DNA of 64,000 bases from Amoebidium appalachense (Eukaryota; Protista; Ichthyosporea). Under the pieces are notes generated by a model, which worked only from the letters and a program-made list of their open reading frames with translations, did not search any database and was not told where the DNA came from. A program made the translations under genes and the position numbers. Every line of letters begins with the position of its first letter. Position 1 is the stretch's first letter. Positions 1-20,005 of the stretch are shown here, in pieces. The DNA is taken from NCBI GenBank assembly GCA_963693365.1, contig CAVNZM010000005.1:3058202-3122201 (forward strand), read 5' to 3'.

Positions 1-826
1 ATCTAAGTGGCTAGATCATAGGAGAACGAGTTTTGGATTATACTATACTATGAAAAGAAGTTTTCCTATGCTCATACATTCATTTCTAGGCTTACGTTAG
101 GCGCATCAAGTAGCATGAATAATAAGTCCTGAGTAAAGTAAGAGGGTGCATGAGCTAGCCGGGGCTTGGAAACTCAAAGTGGATGGAAGGGGGGAGGCTT
201 GTGTAGACATGAAGATAACGAGAATCCACTGTCATAAGACGCAACTTGTTTTATGTTTTATGCACTATGGTATGCATTGCACGTAAGACCGAGCGAAGTG
301 AGTGTGCACCTGTGTTATCCATACCCGTCTCCTTTTTTGTATCTGTGACGTGTCTTTGATCTTTTGTGTTGCTGCCGGTAACGGGCGCAAGAGAATTTAA
401 AGACCCCGCGTCGATCAATTTGGCCAATCAACGGTAAAAAGATAAGCCTTGAAGTATTTTTAGCTCGCTTTCTTCAATCAGAGGCTATTTATAGCTACAG
501 AGTTGAACTTAATGACTCGATATAGTCAATGATCGACGAAAAACACTACTGTGGCGCTTCCGTGGATGATGAATTGAGAGACAGACAGGTTCTCTTGAAG
601 TTTCTCCTAGAGAGGTGTCGTAGCTTCAGAAATAAACGAAGATTCCAATTTAACACTTGCCAAAAACTTTAATAGTGGTTTCCTTTCCAATACAACGGGA
701 GTCTGGATGCCACTACACTTGTTTTGACGTTTCCAACTTATGTGCTTTGTGTTGGTCCAGAAGGTTTACAGCACCTTCAGCTGACATCTTTTATTTCGAT
801 TGGTTGTTATAGGAACAGCACTAAAC

Positions 827-1137
827 ATGCAATTTACCAAGGGTGGTGTTGAACAAGAGCACATCCTCCCTCCCGAGGAGCTCAAGAAAGTTAGGGAGAA
901 AGAATGGGAAGAGGCGCGAAACAGAGAGACGACGTTGCGTAAGTGTCTTTGTGGTGTCTTCTCACGTTCTTCCGTCTCTTTGCTTTTCCCTTGCCACATT
1001 CTCCTTTCCTTCCCCAATCTCCTTCTTTCCCTCTCCATCCACCCTCAGTCTTTCTTCTTTCTCTCTCCCTCCCTCCCTCTCTCCCTCTCTCTCTCTCTTT
1101 CTCTCTCTCACTCCCTCCCTCCCTCCCTCCCTCTCTC

Positions 1138-1188
<51 letters not shown>

Positions 1189-1370
1189 CTCTCTCTCCCC
1201 GCCCCCCTCGCACTGTCTCTCCCCCTCCCCCCCCCCCCCCCCTCTCTTAATTGCTTTTTCTCTCTCTCTCACTCATACTCGCTCTCACTATCTTTCCCCT
1301 CCCCCTCTTTCCTCCCCCGACGTCCCCTCTCTCCCTCCCTCACACACACACACACATACTCTCTCTCTCT

Positions 1371-1466
<96 letters not shown>

Positions 1467-1496
1467 CGTCTCCCTTTCCCTCCCCGCCCACCCCCT

Positions 1497-1528
<32 letters not shown>

Positions 1529-2308
1529 CCCCCCCCCCCCCCCTCTCCCTCTCCCTCTCTCCCTCTCTCCCTCTCTCTCAATCTCGCTCCCTGTGGCTCT
1601 TGCTTTCCCACATCTCCCCCTTTCTCTCTTTCTTCCTCGACCTCGCTTCCCCCTGTTTTCTCTTTCCTTCACCTTCCGCAACCCCCCACCCTTCTCTCTC
1701 TTTTTCTTTTGTTCCCTCGCCCATCTTCCTCTCTCCTTTCCTGCCTTCCCCTCCCCCCCCCCCCCCTCTCCTCCCTCCCTCCCCCCCCCCCCCCCCCCCC
1801 GCGCAAAAAAAAAAAAAAAAAAAAAAGATCCTCCCATCCTCCATAACCCCATTTCTCTTCCCCCTCCCCTCCCCCCGTCTCCCTTTCGCCTGTGTGTGTA
1901 TACAATTCTGCCTTTCGAACTCCCCCCTCCCCCCGGCGCCCGCCCGCCCCTTCCACCTTACTTGCCCTGTGTTACCTTCCTCCCCTGCTCTTTCTAAGTA
2001 ATCCCATCTCTCCATACTCTTGCTATCATTTGTATGTTAATCGGGCGCGGGGGGTGGGGGGGAGGGGGTGATGGGGGGGGGGGGGGGGGGGGAAGACTCA
2101 AATTTGTTGCGCGACATGATGCTGAAAGTCACTATGACTCCGGGAGCCTGACGTGTGGTGCGTTTCAACTCTGGCCTTGGGTAGGAAAGAAACTGTTGGG
2201 GTTTAGTGGCATCTTTTCTGGTCGAAGAAAGAGGCTGGATTTCACCCTGCAGGAATATTTAATGAAGGTGCCTTTGGGGTGGTGGTGTTGGTTTTTTTTT
2301 TTTTTTTT

Positions 2309-2339
<31 letters not shown>

Positions 2340-2398
2340 TCTCAGAAGGGGCAGAGAAACCTACTCACATTATACTAACTATATTTTCATTTTATTTG

Positions 2399-2484
<86 letters not shown>

Positions 2485-3921
2485 CGCGTGTGTGCGTGTG
2501 CGTGTGTGTGCGTGTGTGTGGGAGGGGGGGGGGGGAGGGGGGGGGAATTGCTGAATAGACGCAAAGAAGTAAACAAGGGATAGAACACTAACTTACTTCT
2601 TTCTCTGCAGCTGTGCACCTTAAAGCAGAGAACTATGACCCCCGCTCACTGTATGAACGGCTGGAGGAGCAGAAGGCAAAGAAAGATGACGAGTTCAAAG
2701 AGATGATTTCATTTAGTATGTTCTCCCCCCACCCCCTTCCCCACCCTCCCCCCACCACAATTCCCCTATCTCCCCCCTCCGCCTCACGGGGTTTACGAGC
2801 TGATACCCACATTATACATACACCGTGCTACTTTGTGATTGCAGCACCGACAGGCAGGCAGGCATCTACTACCTTTTGGTTTGTTTTTTGTTTGTCGGTG
2901 TCTGTGTCTGTGTGTTGTGTGTCTGTGTCTGTGTGTGTTTTCATAAACTCGACCCAATCCCTTTCTCTCATTGTCCTTATCGTTTTTGCAGACTCTCAAC
3001 TACACAAAAGAGACACTTGCACAATGTTGTGTGGGCCCCGGGTTTGTTGTCTGTGAGAATGTTGCCTCCCTCTGTGTGGGGGTGTGTGTTGGCGGATGCG
3101 GGTGTGGGTGGGAGGGAGGGTTGAGATGGAGATGGATAGCTTGGTTTGGGTAGGTGTGGGTTTCTGTATGTGCGTGTACTTTTGCGGGTGGTTGTATGAG
3201 TATATGTAGGTGTGTGGGTGTGTGGATGTGTGTGAGTGTGCATAATTGTGCAAATGGTCGTAATCGTGTATACTTTAGTGAGTGGGGGACATTTTGGGTC
3301 AACACACCTGACAGGGCACTTCAGAGTTCAACTAAACCCCCCCTTCCCCTCGAAACAGAAAACCAGATAAAATTCTTAGATGATGAAGAGTTGGAATTCA
3401 TTAGAGACAAAGGTACGTGCATCAGACTTGCCAATCATGTGTTCGTCACGGTCCCTCCCCCCTATGCATAATCTTTGTGTATGGCTTGCATTCTGCATCG
3501 TATTATCCGTTTGTTCTTGTGTACTTCGTACTTTTTGACGCATTCAAACCCCCCCCCCCCCCCCCCCCCTCCCTCCCTCACCCGTTGTTGCTTCTCTCGC
3601 CCTTCCTCCTCTCCGGCTCGTGTTCCCCCTAGCCTTCTTCCCTCTCCCCTCCCCCCCTTCCCCCCTTCCCCCATTCCCCCCAATGCCCATACTTGGTCTC
3701 TCTCCCTTTCCCACCCTCCAGCTTCTTACGCTCTCTGGCCTCTTCGTTTTCCTCCCCCTTCCCCTCACCTCCCCCCCCCCCCTCCCCCCCCCCTCCCCCT
3801 ACTATGCTCGTTCTGGCTCTCACTGGTGGAAAGAATGCTGATGTGTACGTGTGTTCTTTGGGGCGGCTGAGTGTTGTTCTTGTGCATGTGCGTGTGGTGG
3901 GTGTATGTGTGTGTGGTTGGA

Positions 3922-4016
<95 letters not shown>

Positions 4017-4185
4017 CTGGATAGGGGTGGGTGTGTGTTTGTGTGTGTGGTTGGATAGGGGTATGTATGTGCGTGTGTGTCGGCCCCAGTCGCATTGATT
4101 GTTTTCATATAGGCCACGTCCTTCTCCAATAAACCCCGGAATTTTTTTTTTGACGGGAGAGTAACATTGTGTGTGTGTGTTTTTT

Positions 4186-4230
<45 letters not shown>

Positions 4231-4762
4231 TTTTTCGGCACCGTTTCCAGGCTGCAGCACATGTGCATTTATATAGATTGGTGTTTGTTTGTTATGCCGT
4301 TGGGATACATGGGTCGTACAATGGGCCTGTAGCATGTGGTTGGCAGTTACTTGCGAAGGTGTTGTTCGGTGGGCGATTTTTGACCTTTGTTGTTGATGGA
4401 CAGAGCGCGAGAAGGAGGAGAAAGAGGTTAGGACTTGGGAGGAGGAGATGGAAAGTGTTCGCAAGTATAGGGTTCGCACCTCCCCCCCCCCCCCCCCCCC
4501 CCCTTCCACTTCCCCCTTTGCCAAATACACACACACACACACACACCACCACCACCAGCATCCAACTCAACCATCTCGCGATGCTCTGATGTCGTAAGGC
4601 TGCGCACATTTGCATAGAAGTACACGTAAACACATCTATGTGCATATGCACTGCAATAATCTCCGTGTATGGACATCAAGCATACCATATTGCTCACTCC
4701 CTGAGCTTGGCAGGATTTGTGTTGGGACATGATTCATGGCATGTTTCTTGATGTGCGTGTGT

Positions 4763-4809
<47 letters not shown>

Positions 4810-5205
4810 TTATGTGTGTGCGCGCGGTGTGTGGTTGGTGGATGAGTAGGCCGGTGGGTAGGTGTTTATCCTTGGGGGGGGAGGGGAGGGGGGAGTCCGT
4901 GAGGGGACAAAGTGTAGTACGAGTAAGGAAAGGCGGGAGGGGGGTGGTAAACCTTTGATGTTATGTTGGTAAACAGCGGAAAGGAGATGCAGAAACAGAT
5001 TTGGCAACATAGTGTTCAAATGTTCAATGCGCAAACATGGTTTCATCGGTGTGCACTTGTACCAGTGAGCTAACTCTTGCTACTCGAGTGTAGGAGGAAC
5101 TGGCCAAGACTGGAGATGACTCAGCTCAAGCCTTCAATCTGGGAATCACAAGTGTGTTACCCCCCCTCCCCTCACATTCACACATACACACGCACACGTG
5201 CGCGT

Positions 5206-5251
<46 letters not shown>

Positions 5252-5319
5252 CCTTATCTATTGAGACACGTGCACACACTCCACCTCTTCCATGTCCCCA
5301 TGTCCCCGCCCTTCCCTCC

Positions 5320-5352
<33 letters not shown>

Positions 5353-5734
5353 ACGCACTCACACGCGCCCTTATTTCGAACATCCCCGCCCCACCGCTCC
5401 TCCCCCCCTCCCCCTATCTGAGTTGGGTTTCGTTAACGAGATAGGTCGAAACTCGGGTACTGTGGATGACGTGGGCCCCCCCTGAGGATGGGCTCTGCTT
5501 ATTATGCATACTCTTTATGTATGGCTTGCATTCTGCATCGTGTTATCCGTTTGTTCTTGTGTACTTCGTACTTTTTGACGCATTCAAACCCCCCCCCCCC
5601 CCCCCCCCCCCCCCCCTTCCCCTGCCTTCTTGCGTTGCAGTTTATGTTATCTCTTAGTTGTAAAACACACCTCTTGTTTCCTTCCTCCAGCATTTGCTGG
5701 AGAGTGATGGTCACTCGTGTTCCTCCCCAATCTT

Positions 5735-5765
<31 letters not shown>

Positions 5766-6000
5766 CTCCCTCGCTCCCGTTTTAATCCCTTCTATCCGAA
5801 GCCTTGCCACACACGTTCCCCCACAGACACAGACACAATCACATGCACGCCAACCTGATGTTATGGTCTTCTGTGGCCCTCAGAAATGCCATGTATCGAA
5901 GGTGATTGTAGTTTGCAAAGTTGAATAGGTTGTGAGTGACGTGTTTTGCTTTAATAGTGGATATTCACCGTCTTCTGAAATATTTAGCTTATATTCTCCT

Positions 6001-6032
<32 letters not shown>

Positions 6033-7060
6033 CACACGCACACGCACACGCACACGCACACGCACACGCACACGCACACGCACACGCACACGCACACGCA
6101 CACGCACACGCACACAGAAGGTGTACCCAAGCCCGGTGTGCCTGTAGACACCAAGGCGAGGAAAAAGCCAGCCATTGCCAGTCTGATCAAACCAAAGGGA
6201 GCATCCCAAGTAAAAAGGTGAGCCGTGCAATGACTATGTTACACGTTCCCGTCGTGCGTATGTGATTGGTTTCACGATTACACGTGTTCCTTGCCTCTAA
6301 ACAACAGCTTCTGTGCTGCCCGCATTGTTTTCTTCAATACACACACGTGTACCGTGGTAACTGTGCAACGGACAAACATGCACATTACATTAGATCGTAT
6401 ATGACTGTTTCCTGAACACCCTCCCCCCCCCCCCCCCCCCCCCTCCCCCTCTCCTTCCCTCGTGCGCTTTTCCTTTGCCGTTCTCCACGTGCTAATTCAG
6501 ACACCCCCCGATTGGACTTGCTACATGTTATTGTTGGCGTCATCGAGTACTCAAATCATTTGCTTATGATAACGTAGTGTCTGATGGCAAAGGGAACACT
6601 GGGCAGGAGTATTTGTGGGGGGGGGGGGGGGGGGGGGGGGACAAAATGACCTGTTTTGTTTTTGTTTTCCCCTCCTTCATACCGGTTCGGCCTCAGGCAC
6701 ACACTCGAGGTCATAAGCACGCGCATGCTTGGGCTTGTACATGTGCATACGCGTGCGCAGGCAGAACGCACAAGACACCCCACCACCATTACTCACCGCT
6801 TCCCTCTCTTCTCCACCTCCCTACCAACACTCCTTTCTGCAGAACGGCATCAGAGCAAAGCAACGACGCAGAAAAGGGGGTCAGATGATGACCAACAGCC
6901 CGAAAAAAGACCGAAAACCGAATCGGAAATCCCGGGGAAACCACTAAAACCAACAGCTGCACCGGCCAAGGATCCCCCCAAACCTCCTGCCACGGCTCCG
7001 AATGCGCCACCACTGGGTTCACTGTTGGGTGACTATGGGAGTGACTCGGATTCGGATTGA
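827..7060 (+). CDS. FAM192A: FAM192A/NIP30/PIP30 homolog, 7 exons (827-938, 2611-2715, 3359-3412, 4404-4471, 5094-5151, 6118-6217, 6843-7060)
   Basis: The spliced peptide contains REKEWEEAR...[43 protein letters not shown], matching the NIP30 N-terminal signature ([15 protein letters not shown]-like). It ends in [15 protein letters not shown]. All introns are GT-AG with matching phases. One extra base in the A/G run at 6872-6880 must be removed to reach the conserved C-terminus. Confidence 0.9.
3463..3548 (+). mobile_element. same repeat family, 5'-truncated copy (FAM192A intron 3)
   Basis: Nearly identical to the 3' ~85 nt of 5418-5588. Confidence 0.75.
5418..5588 (+). mobile_element. same repeat family, shorter subfamily (FAM192A intron 5)
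   Basis: CTGAGTTGG...GGTCGAAACTC...GGGCCC...CCCTGAGGATGGGCTCTGCTTAT...GTACTTCGTAC...CGCATTCAAA. Confidence 0.75.
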
Positions 7061-7169
7061 GGTGTTAAATCATTACAAGCATTTGATATTTTTGTATTCT
7101 TGATGCCCTTTTTTTTCCCTCTTTTTTTCAGATCCGCTAGTTGCTTTCATATATGGCCCCTTGCTAGGC

Positions 7170-7928
7170 TCAGTTTTGGTTTGTTTTCATGGTGGGTACG
7201 TCGTGCACTGAAGTTTTGCTGACTTCTCGTTCGTAGACCCTGCCGGTCATGCGGGGAGGGGGGGGGGGGGGGGGGGGGACTCCCGGCAGTAAGATGATGA
7301 AGTCAATTGTGTGCGCAGGCAGCGTGGTTAGGATTTTGATTGGCCCATATGGCAAATACTTGGCCCTTGACACCCTGGTTGTACATAATTGAAGGTACAA
7401 TTTTTAACGTATGATATCACATATCAAGCACTAATATATGTTGTAAGCAAGCAACAGGGCCTACTATGGAAGTAAACTACATTACCATGGCTATTAATGC
7501 CACGGCTGTAATCATAACAGTGACTTTCCTCTTTCCACTTAGTCAAGTGCATCGGCAAGATATCCACATGCACGCAGGTACATACATTGCCTGACCCTAT
7601 GCATATGCTAGGAGCAATTAATTGCACGTGTACACATGACACGTGACACTGTCTGTGCATCCATACAACCATAGAACTATATTGCATATTATATACAGGC
7701 CTGAGCGTGGAGATCAGGCAGAGATGCGTTCAATTCAGTAAACACTGAAAGCAGAAGAGCTGCGCGCAAAGGAAAAGATACACGCGATTCGCTTAGCTCG
7801 GGCACAAACCTCAATGTCTCGGAGCGGTGAGACACCAAGGTATACACCTGGGGCAAGTAGGCAGACCGTGCTGCGGGACTTTAACACAGCTGCAGGGACA
7901 ACTTGAAGCCAGGCTCAATAACATCGAT

Positions 7929-7980
<52 letters not shown>

Positions 7981-8648
7981 CACACACACACATACACACA
8001 CACGTAACTTAGAATGGTGGGGCCTTTACATGGGCCTTTACATGATTGATGCCCGACCCTGAATGTAATAATTTTGGTAGGTGGTGATCTAATTAATTAC
8101 TAAGGGAACGATATGCTGTTGCTCGAATCCGATGTGTGAGGGCCACCTCTTTCCTGACATGCCCCCGGGGGGATCACGTTAGCTTTGTTGTCTTATACTG
8201 CACCCGGCCATGATCACACGCGCGGCCCGGAGATCTAGATCCGCAGATCTGGGCGAATGGGGCAATTGGGGTGGTGTCGGTCGACGTGTGTGTGTCTGTG
8301 TCTGTGCACGTGTGTGTGTGTGGGTGAAGTGTTCGTGTGCCGATGTATGTGTGCACATGTGTGGTGTGTGTTTGTGTGTACGTGTGTGTGTGTGTGTGGG
8401 TGCATGCGTGTGTGCGTGCGTGTGTTTAGTGTGTCACAGTGTGTGTTTGTGTGTGTTTGCGCGCGCCGCTGTGTATATGTATGATGTGCGTGTGTGTGTG
8501 TGTGTGTGTATGTGTGTGTGTGTGTGTGTGTGCCTGTATATGTATGTGCATGTGTGTGTGCCATGTGTGTGTGTGTGCGGTGTACGGTGCGGTGTTCTTC
8601 TGTGTCTGCGGTGTGTGCGGTGTGTGTGCGTGTGCGCGCGCGCGTGCG

Positions 8649-8682
<34 letters not shown>

Positions 8683-8686
8683 TGTG

Positions 8687-8765
<79 letters not shown>

Positions 8766-8978
8766 CACAGTGTGTGTGTGTGTGTGTGTGTACGTGTGTG
8801 TGTGTGTGCGTCATGGTAATGTATGTCTCAGATGTCTGTGTGTGTGATAGTGTGATAGTGATAGTGTATGTGTTCGTGTGGAATAATGTGTGTGTGTGTG
8901 GGTGTGTGGGTGTGTGTGTGGGTGTGTGGGTGTGGGTGTGTGGGTGTGTGGGTGTGACACTGTGTGTGTGTGTGTGTG

Positions 8979-9020
<42 letters not shown>

Positions 9021-9678
9021 CCGTGCATGGGTGTTTGTCAGTTTGTGTGTACCTTTGTGTGTTGGTGTGCCCACGTGGATGTGTTTGTGTGTGTCAATAT
9101 GTGTATAATCAATGAGTGTGTGCATGCTTGTATGCTTGTGCTTTGCATGCCTGTGTTCCGCAGGCCACACAACAGATGATAGCTTCTGTATTTGCAGAAT
9201 TGGTTTATTTAATATATATTCACTGGCACTAGCCTAATACTATTATACTATAGTATGCCAGATACAACACCGCAGTGCGATGTCCATAAACACAAAGCAC
9301 ATGACTCGATCAGATATTTTTGCTGGCCCAATATTTGCCCATCAGTTTTAAGGGCCAGTGTATGGTCGTCCTTTAATTTTCGACCACATACAGTAGACGA
9401 CCTTTCCCTCTTCATTTTCGAGTGAGTAGGGTTGCTACTATAAATAAACGCCTCCAGTTTACATATGACCGGCAAGAGCGCACGCACAGAACAATACATC
9501 CAACACAAATTCGTGCATGTGTAGAAAAAGTGAAGGACTGCACACAACACCAATCCCGTACCGTAGGCTCATGTTTCGAGGTATATCCTAGCACATACCA
9601 ATACTCCAGGTGCTCAGTTGTATCGGATTTTTGACTCAGTTTGTTAAAAGACATCATTGAAGGATATGGTTCTTTGTC
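7170..9678 (-). CDS. candidate minus-strand exons of an unresolved gene
   Basis: Complex-sequence blocks are bounded by AG/GT on the minus strand, e.g. ~9678-9599 (KEPYPSMMSFNKLSQKSDTTEHLEYW then GTATGT), ~7375-7281 (VSRAKYLPYGPIKILTTLPAHTIDFIILLPG) and ~7240-7170 (VYEREVSKTSVHDVPTMKTNQN*). No family was recognised and the exon chain was not closed. Confidence 0.3.
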
Positions 9679-9786
9679 TGTGGATGTCTACGAGTGTGTA
9701 TGTGTGTGTCTACGAGTGTACATGTTTTGTCTACGTGTGTGTCTACGTGTGTGTATGTATGTGTATGTGTCTCTACATTAAATTTT

Positions 9787-9923
<137 letters not shown>

Positions 9924-10126
9924 TGCGTGTGTGCGTGCGTTTGTGTGTGTTACGTGTGTATGAGTGTGTATGTGTACGGAGAGTAATGCATGGGTATTTG
10001 CTTTTGTTGGGCATGTCTAAGTGTCCTGCGGTTGTGGGCCCTCGGGTCCGAAAAACAAAAGAAGACAAAACAAAAAAGGAAAAAAAGAAGGAAAATAGGG
10101 AGAAGAAAAGAAACCAAGGCTCGCCA

Positions 10127-10681
10127 TCAGATGGCCACCTCAGCTCCGATGATTGCGGCATCTTCAAGTGCAGGCGCAGCCGCCTCAGCACCACGCACGG
10201 TAGCCACGCCCGGACCAGCCAACTGGGTGGCAGCATCAACCAACGCTTCGTTAAATCGTGTTTCTGCCTGGGCCGTCATGGCCTTGGCTGCATCTCCTGC
10301 CTGCGACAAGGCAGACTCGATGTCAGCCGCGTTGGCCTTCCTCCCAGCGTCGGCGATGGTACCCGCCGCCTGTGACAAGGCGGATTGAATGTCGTCAAAG
10401 ATACCGCTGGCAGCGCGCTTAGGCCTCTGTCGGAGCCCATAGCCACGGGTGCTGGAGGGTTGGGTGGCCTTAGCCAAGACGCAGCCACTGTAGCACAGCC
10501 CCAGCACTTGCTCCTTGGGCAGCCCAGGGACGGTGGGTAAGGCGTGGATGGCGTGGTCGCAGGCAGCAAAGCAGGCCAGCAGGGGCTGTTGGGGAATTGT
10601 CATGGGCGAGCCGGCTGCATGTGCAGCGGCAAAAAGCATGACCACCAGAGAAACAGTGCGGACAACCAGAGGGCTAGCCAT
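10127..10681 (-). CDS. intronless secreted prepro-protein, 184 aa (signal peptide, paired CX3C motifs, RxKR site, Ala-rich helical repeats)
   Basis: Clean ATG-to-stop ORF in GC-rich non-repetitive sequence. It has a hydrophobic N-terminus ending AAAHA, then CFAAC...CYSGC, RQRPKR, and the repeats DIQSALSQAAG / DIESALSQAGD. A TATA-like element lies upstream. Confidence 0.85.
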   Translation of the reverse strand: MASPLVVRTVSLVVMLFAAAHAAGSPMTIPQQPLLACFAACDHAIHALPTVPGLPKEQVLGLCYSGCVLAKATQPSSTRGYGLRQRPKRAASGIFDDIQSALSQAAGTIADAGRKANAADIESALSQAGDAAKAMTAQAETRFNEALVDAATQLAGPGVATVRGAEAAAPALEDAAIIGAEVAI

Positions 10682-10797
10682 GATGGTCAGTCGGTGTAAA
10701 ATCGTGGTGTGTGTGGGCTAACGTTGGCACTGGTGCTATGCTAGTTTACTGTTTGCTGGAGACGATGACTGATGGGTGTTGGTGGGGCCGACCACAA

Positions 10798-10810
10798 CTT
10801 TTATATATAC
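10798..10810 (-). promoter_or_regulatory. TATA-box-like element of the secreted-protein gene
   Basis: The minus strand reads GTATATATAAAAG about 120 nt upstream of the ATG at 10681. A CCAAT word lies at ~10849-10853 on the same strand. Confidence 0.5.
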
Positions 10811-11158
10811 TGTACATGTACCGGGTCCATCAGCTTTGGTCATGATCTGATTGGTGGAATGTTGCTCCACTGATAACGGTTGGGCCAATCATTTCACTTT
10901 CGGCAGATGCAGACGCGTACGACCGGTATATACGCGCGCGGCGGTGCGGGTGCGCCGGTGGCACGCGTACGGGCCGGGAGTGGCGAACGGTAACTAATAT
11001 ACTAGTATATGATGTAGCCTATATTCTTGTATTGAGGATCCCGCGCATTGATTTAATTTGGATACATTAGACCATGAATTCATATGTGTGGCGGAGACCG
11101 CGTGTTCTCCCTAAAAATATTCATAGTAAGCGTTGCAGATTAATGTTATGTACGCGTG

Positions 11159-11480
11159 GTATGGTGATGATGTCAGCTGTATGGTGATGATGTCAGCTGG
11201 CAGCACAGCTGGCGTGGTGAGATATCGAACTCCCCGGCCGTCTGTACGCGTAACGTACGTATACACGGCCATCTACTAGCCGTGGGTCTGGTAAACTAGA
11301 TGGCCGTGCGCTATCCGATGCATAGTCAGTGTTGTGCCCGAAGCCGAGTGACTTGACTTGACTTGACTTGGTCATTTTTGGGCCCTCGGATGACTTGACT
11401 TGCCAAAATTTGCTGCGATTTCAAGTCTCGCGTAGGCCTATCGACTTGAGTCAGTTGCAGCCACTTTCAAAGCCGACTTG
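11159..11480. repeat. 20-bp tandem duplication, 12-bp inverted repeat and GACTT arrays; possible non-autonomous DNA transposon end
   Basis: GTATGGTGATGATGTCAGCT x2 (11159-11198). CACGGCCATCTA...TAGATGGCCGTG (11264-11308). (GACTT)4 at ~11350-11370, with further GACTTG/CAAGTC words to ~11480. Confidence 0.45.
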
Positions 11481-11671
11481 CACGTGCTTGGGTCCGGACA
11501 TGCGCATGCCACGTGCCCGTGTGCATGTGTGCTCAAGTGCCCAGGACTGCGTATGCCTGTTTGCGGCAGCCACCGACCACGGTGCCGTGCAATCACGCAC
11601 ATGATGTGTGCCCGTATGAGTGAGTGATTGTGTGGCATGTGTGCGTGGACACTGTACGTGTGATGTGTGCC

Positions 11672-11783
<112 letters not shown>

Positions 11784-11858
11784 TGCGTGTTTGTGCGTGT
11801 GTGTGTGGTGTGTGACGGTGTGTGTGTGTGTGGTTTGTGTGTGTGTGTGTGTGTGTGG

Positions 11859-11933
<75 letters not shown>

Positions 11934-12119
11934 AGCGTGTGCTTGTGTGTGTGTCCCACAAGCTACTCTGTATGAACATATGCATTTGTTGCCGGGTGTG
12001 TCACGGAATGGCATCACAAGTACGTGTGTGTGTGTGTGTGCGGTGTCTGTGAAAAAGCCAACGCTACGAAATAAAAATAAAGCGACAAGTGACAAAGGAC
12101 ACCAGCGGTGCCGCAAAAC

Positions 12120-12664
12120 CTTAAGTGTACGTGTATGCGTGAAACTAGTTTGCTCCAACAAGTCATATGCATCGATGTTGACCAGACCACACTCCGCAAG
12201 AAGACATCATTACTGCTGCTTCCCAACAGGCCCCCCTCAAAACCTACCGAGGCACAGCATTGCCAAGCAAGTCAGTCTCTAAAAGAGCAATGCAGACCAA
12301 ATCTGAGCTAAAAAACAATCCCAACGGTCCCGGCCCCTAGATAACCCGATAAGGTGGCCTAGTTGTGGCAGGACACACAGAAAAACACAATTACAGAATG
12401 CATGCAAGCAAACCCGGTATTGCCATACGACTGGAGGCTAAGGACTGGCAGTCACTTGGAAAGCTCCCCGACGACCAAGTAGCCGCCCCTCCACTCACGC
12501 AGCGCAGAAGTAGCTGAAGAAGTTGCAGCAGCCCACCGCCGTCGCGTAGAAGCGTAGACAGCGTGTAGAAGTTACCATCTATTAGGTTGCAGTGGACCAC
12601 CAGGTGTTGAAGAAACCACTTCTCAAGCGAGAAACTCCGCGAAAGGGAGATGCCCCCACACTCT
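12120..12664 (-). CDS. calponin-homology (CH) domain-like exons of a minus-strand gene
   Basis: ~12664-12499 reads SLEKWFLQHLVVHCNLIDGNFYTLSTLLRDGGGLLQLLQLLLRC followed by GTGAGT, fitting the CH pattern W...LrDG..L..Ll. ~12230-12120 reads NDVFLR(E)CGLVNIDAYDLLEQ, fitting the CH pattern N..FL...gl..id..DL.e, and needs one base near 12195. A possible ATG micro-exon (ATGGCAG|GT) lies at 12779-12773. Confidence 0.5.
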
Positions 12665-12899
12665 CACAGCAGTAGGAATACACCAGGCCACACCACACAC
12701 ACGCTGCAGTCACGTTCCCCTGAGTGGGACTCCCTCCCACCACAAAAAGAAGAAACGAAAGCCTTTATATACCTGCCATGGTGAAGAATCGGGAAAAAAA
12801 GTCGACGTGACAGCTAAGAGATCGAAGTGAAATTTAAAGTGAAGTCCCTCGGGGGTACTCTGGCATGCATGCAGCCGGTAAACTAGTCAAGAACGTGTG

Positions 12900-20005
<7,106 letters not shown>

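Noticed and set aside
529-672. 47-aa ATG ORF upstream of FAM192A
   Set aside because: Short, with no motif and no supported splice link to the downstream exon.
6872-6880. Programmed ribosomal frameshift at the A/G run in FAM192A
   Set aside because: Similar indels of both signs occur at runs in several unrelated genes, so sequencing error is the simpler explanation.
9990-10388. Plus-strand Ala-rich ORF
   Set aside because: Antisense shadow of the minus-strand secreted-protein gene.
11159-11198. GTGATGA as a C/D snoRNA C box
   Set aside because: No suitably placed CTGA D box or terminal stem was found; it is explained by a 20-bp tandem duplication.
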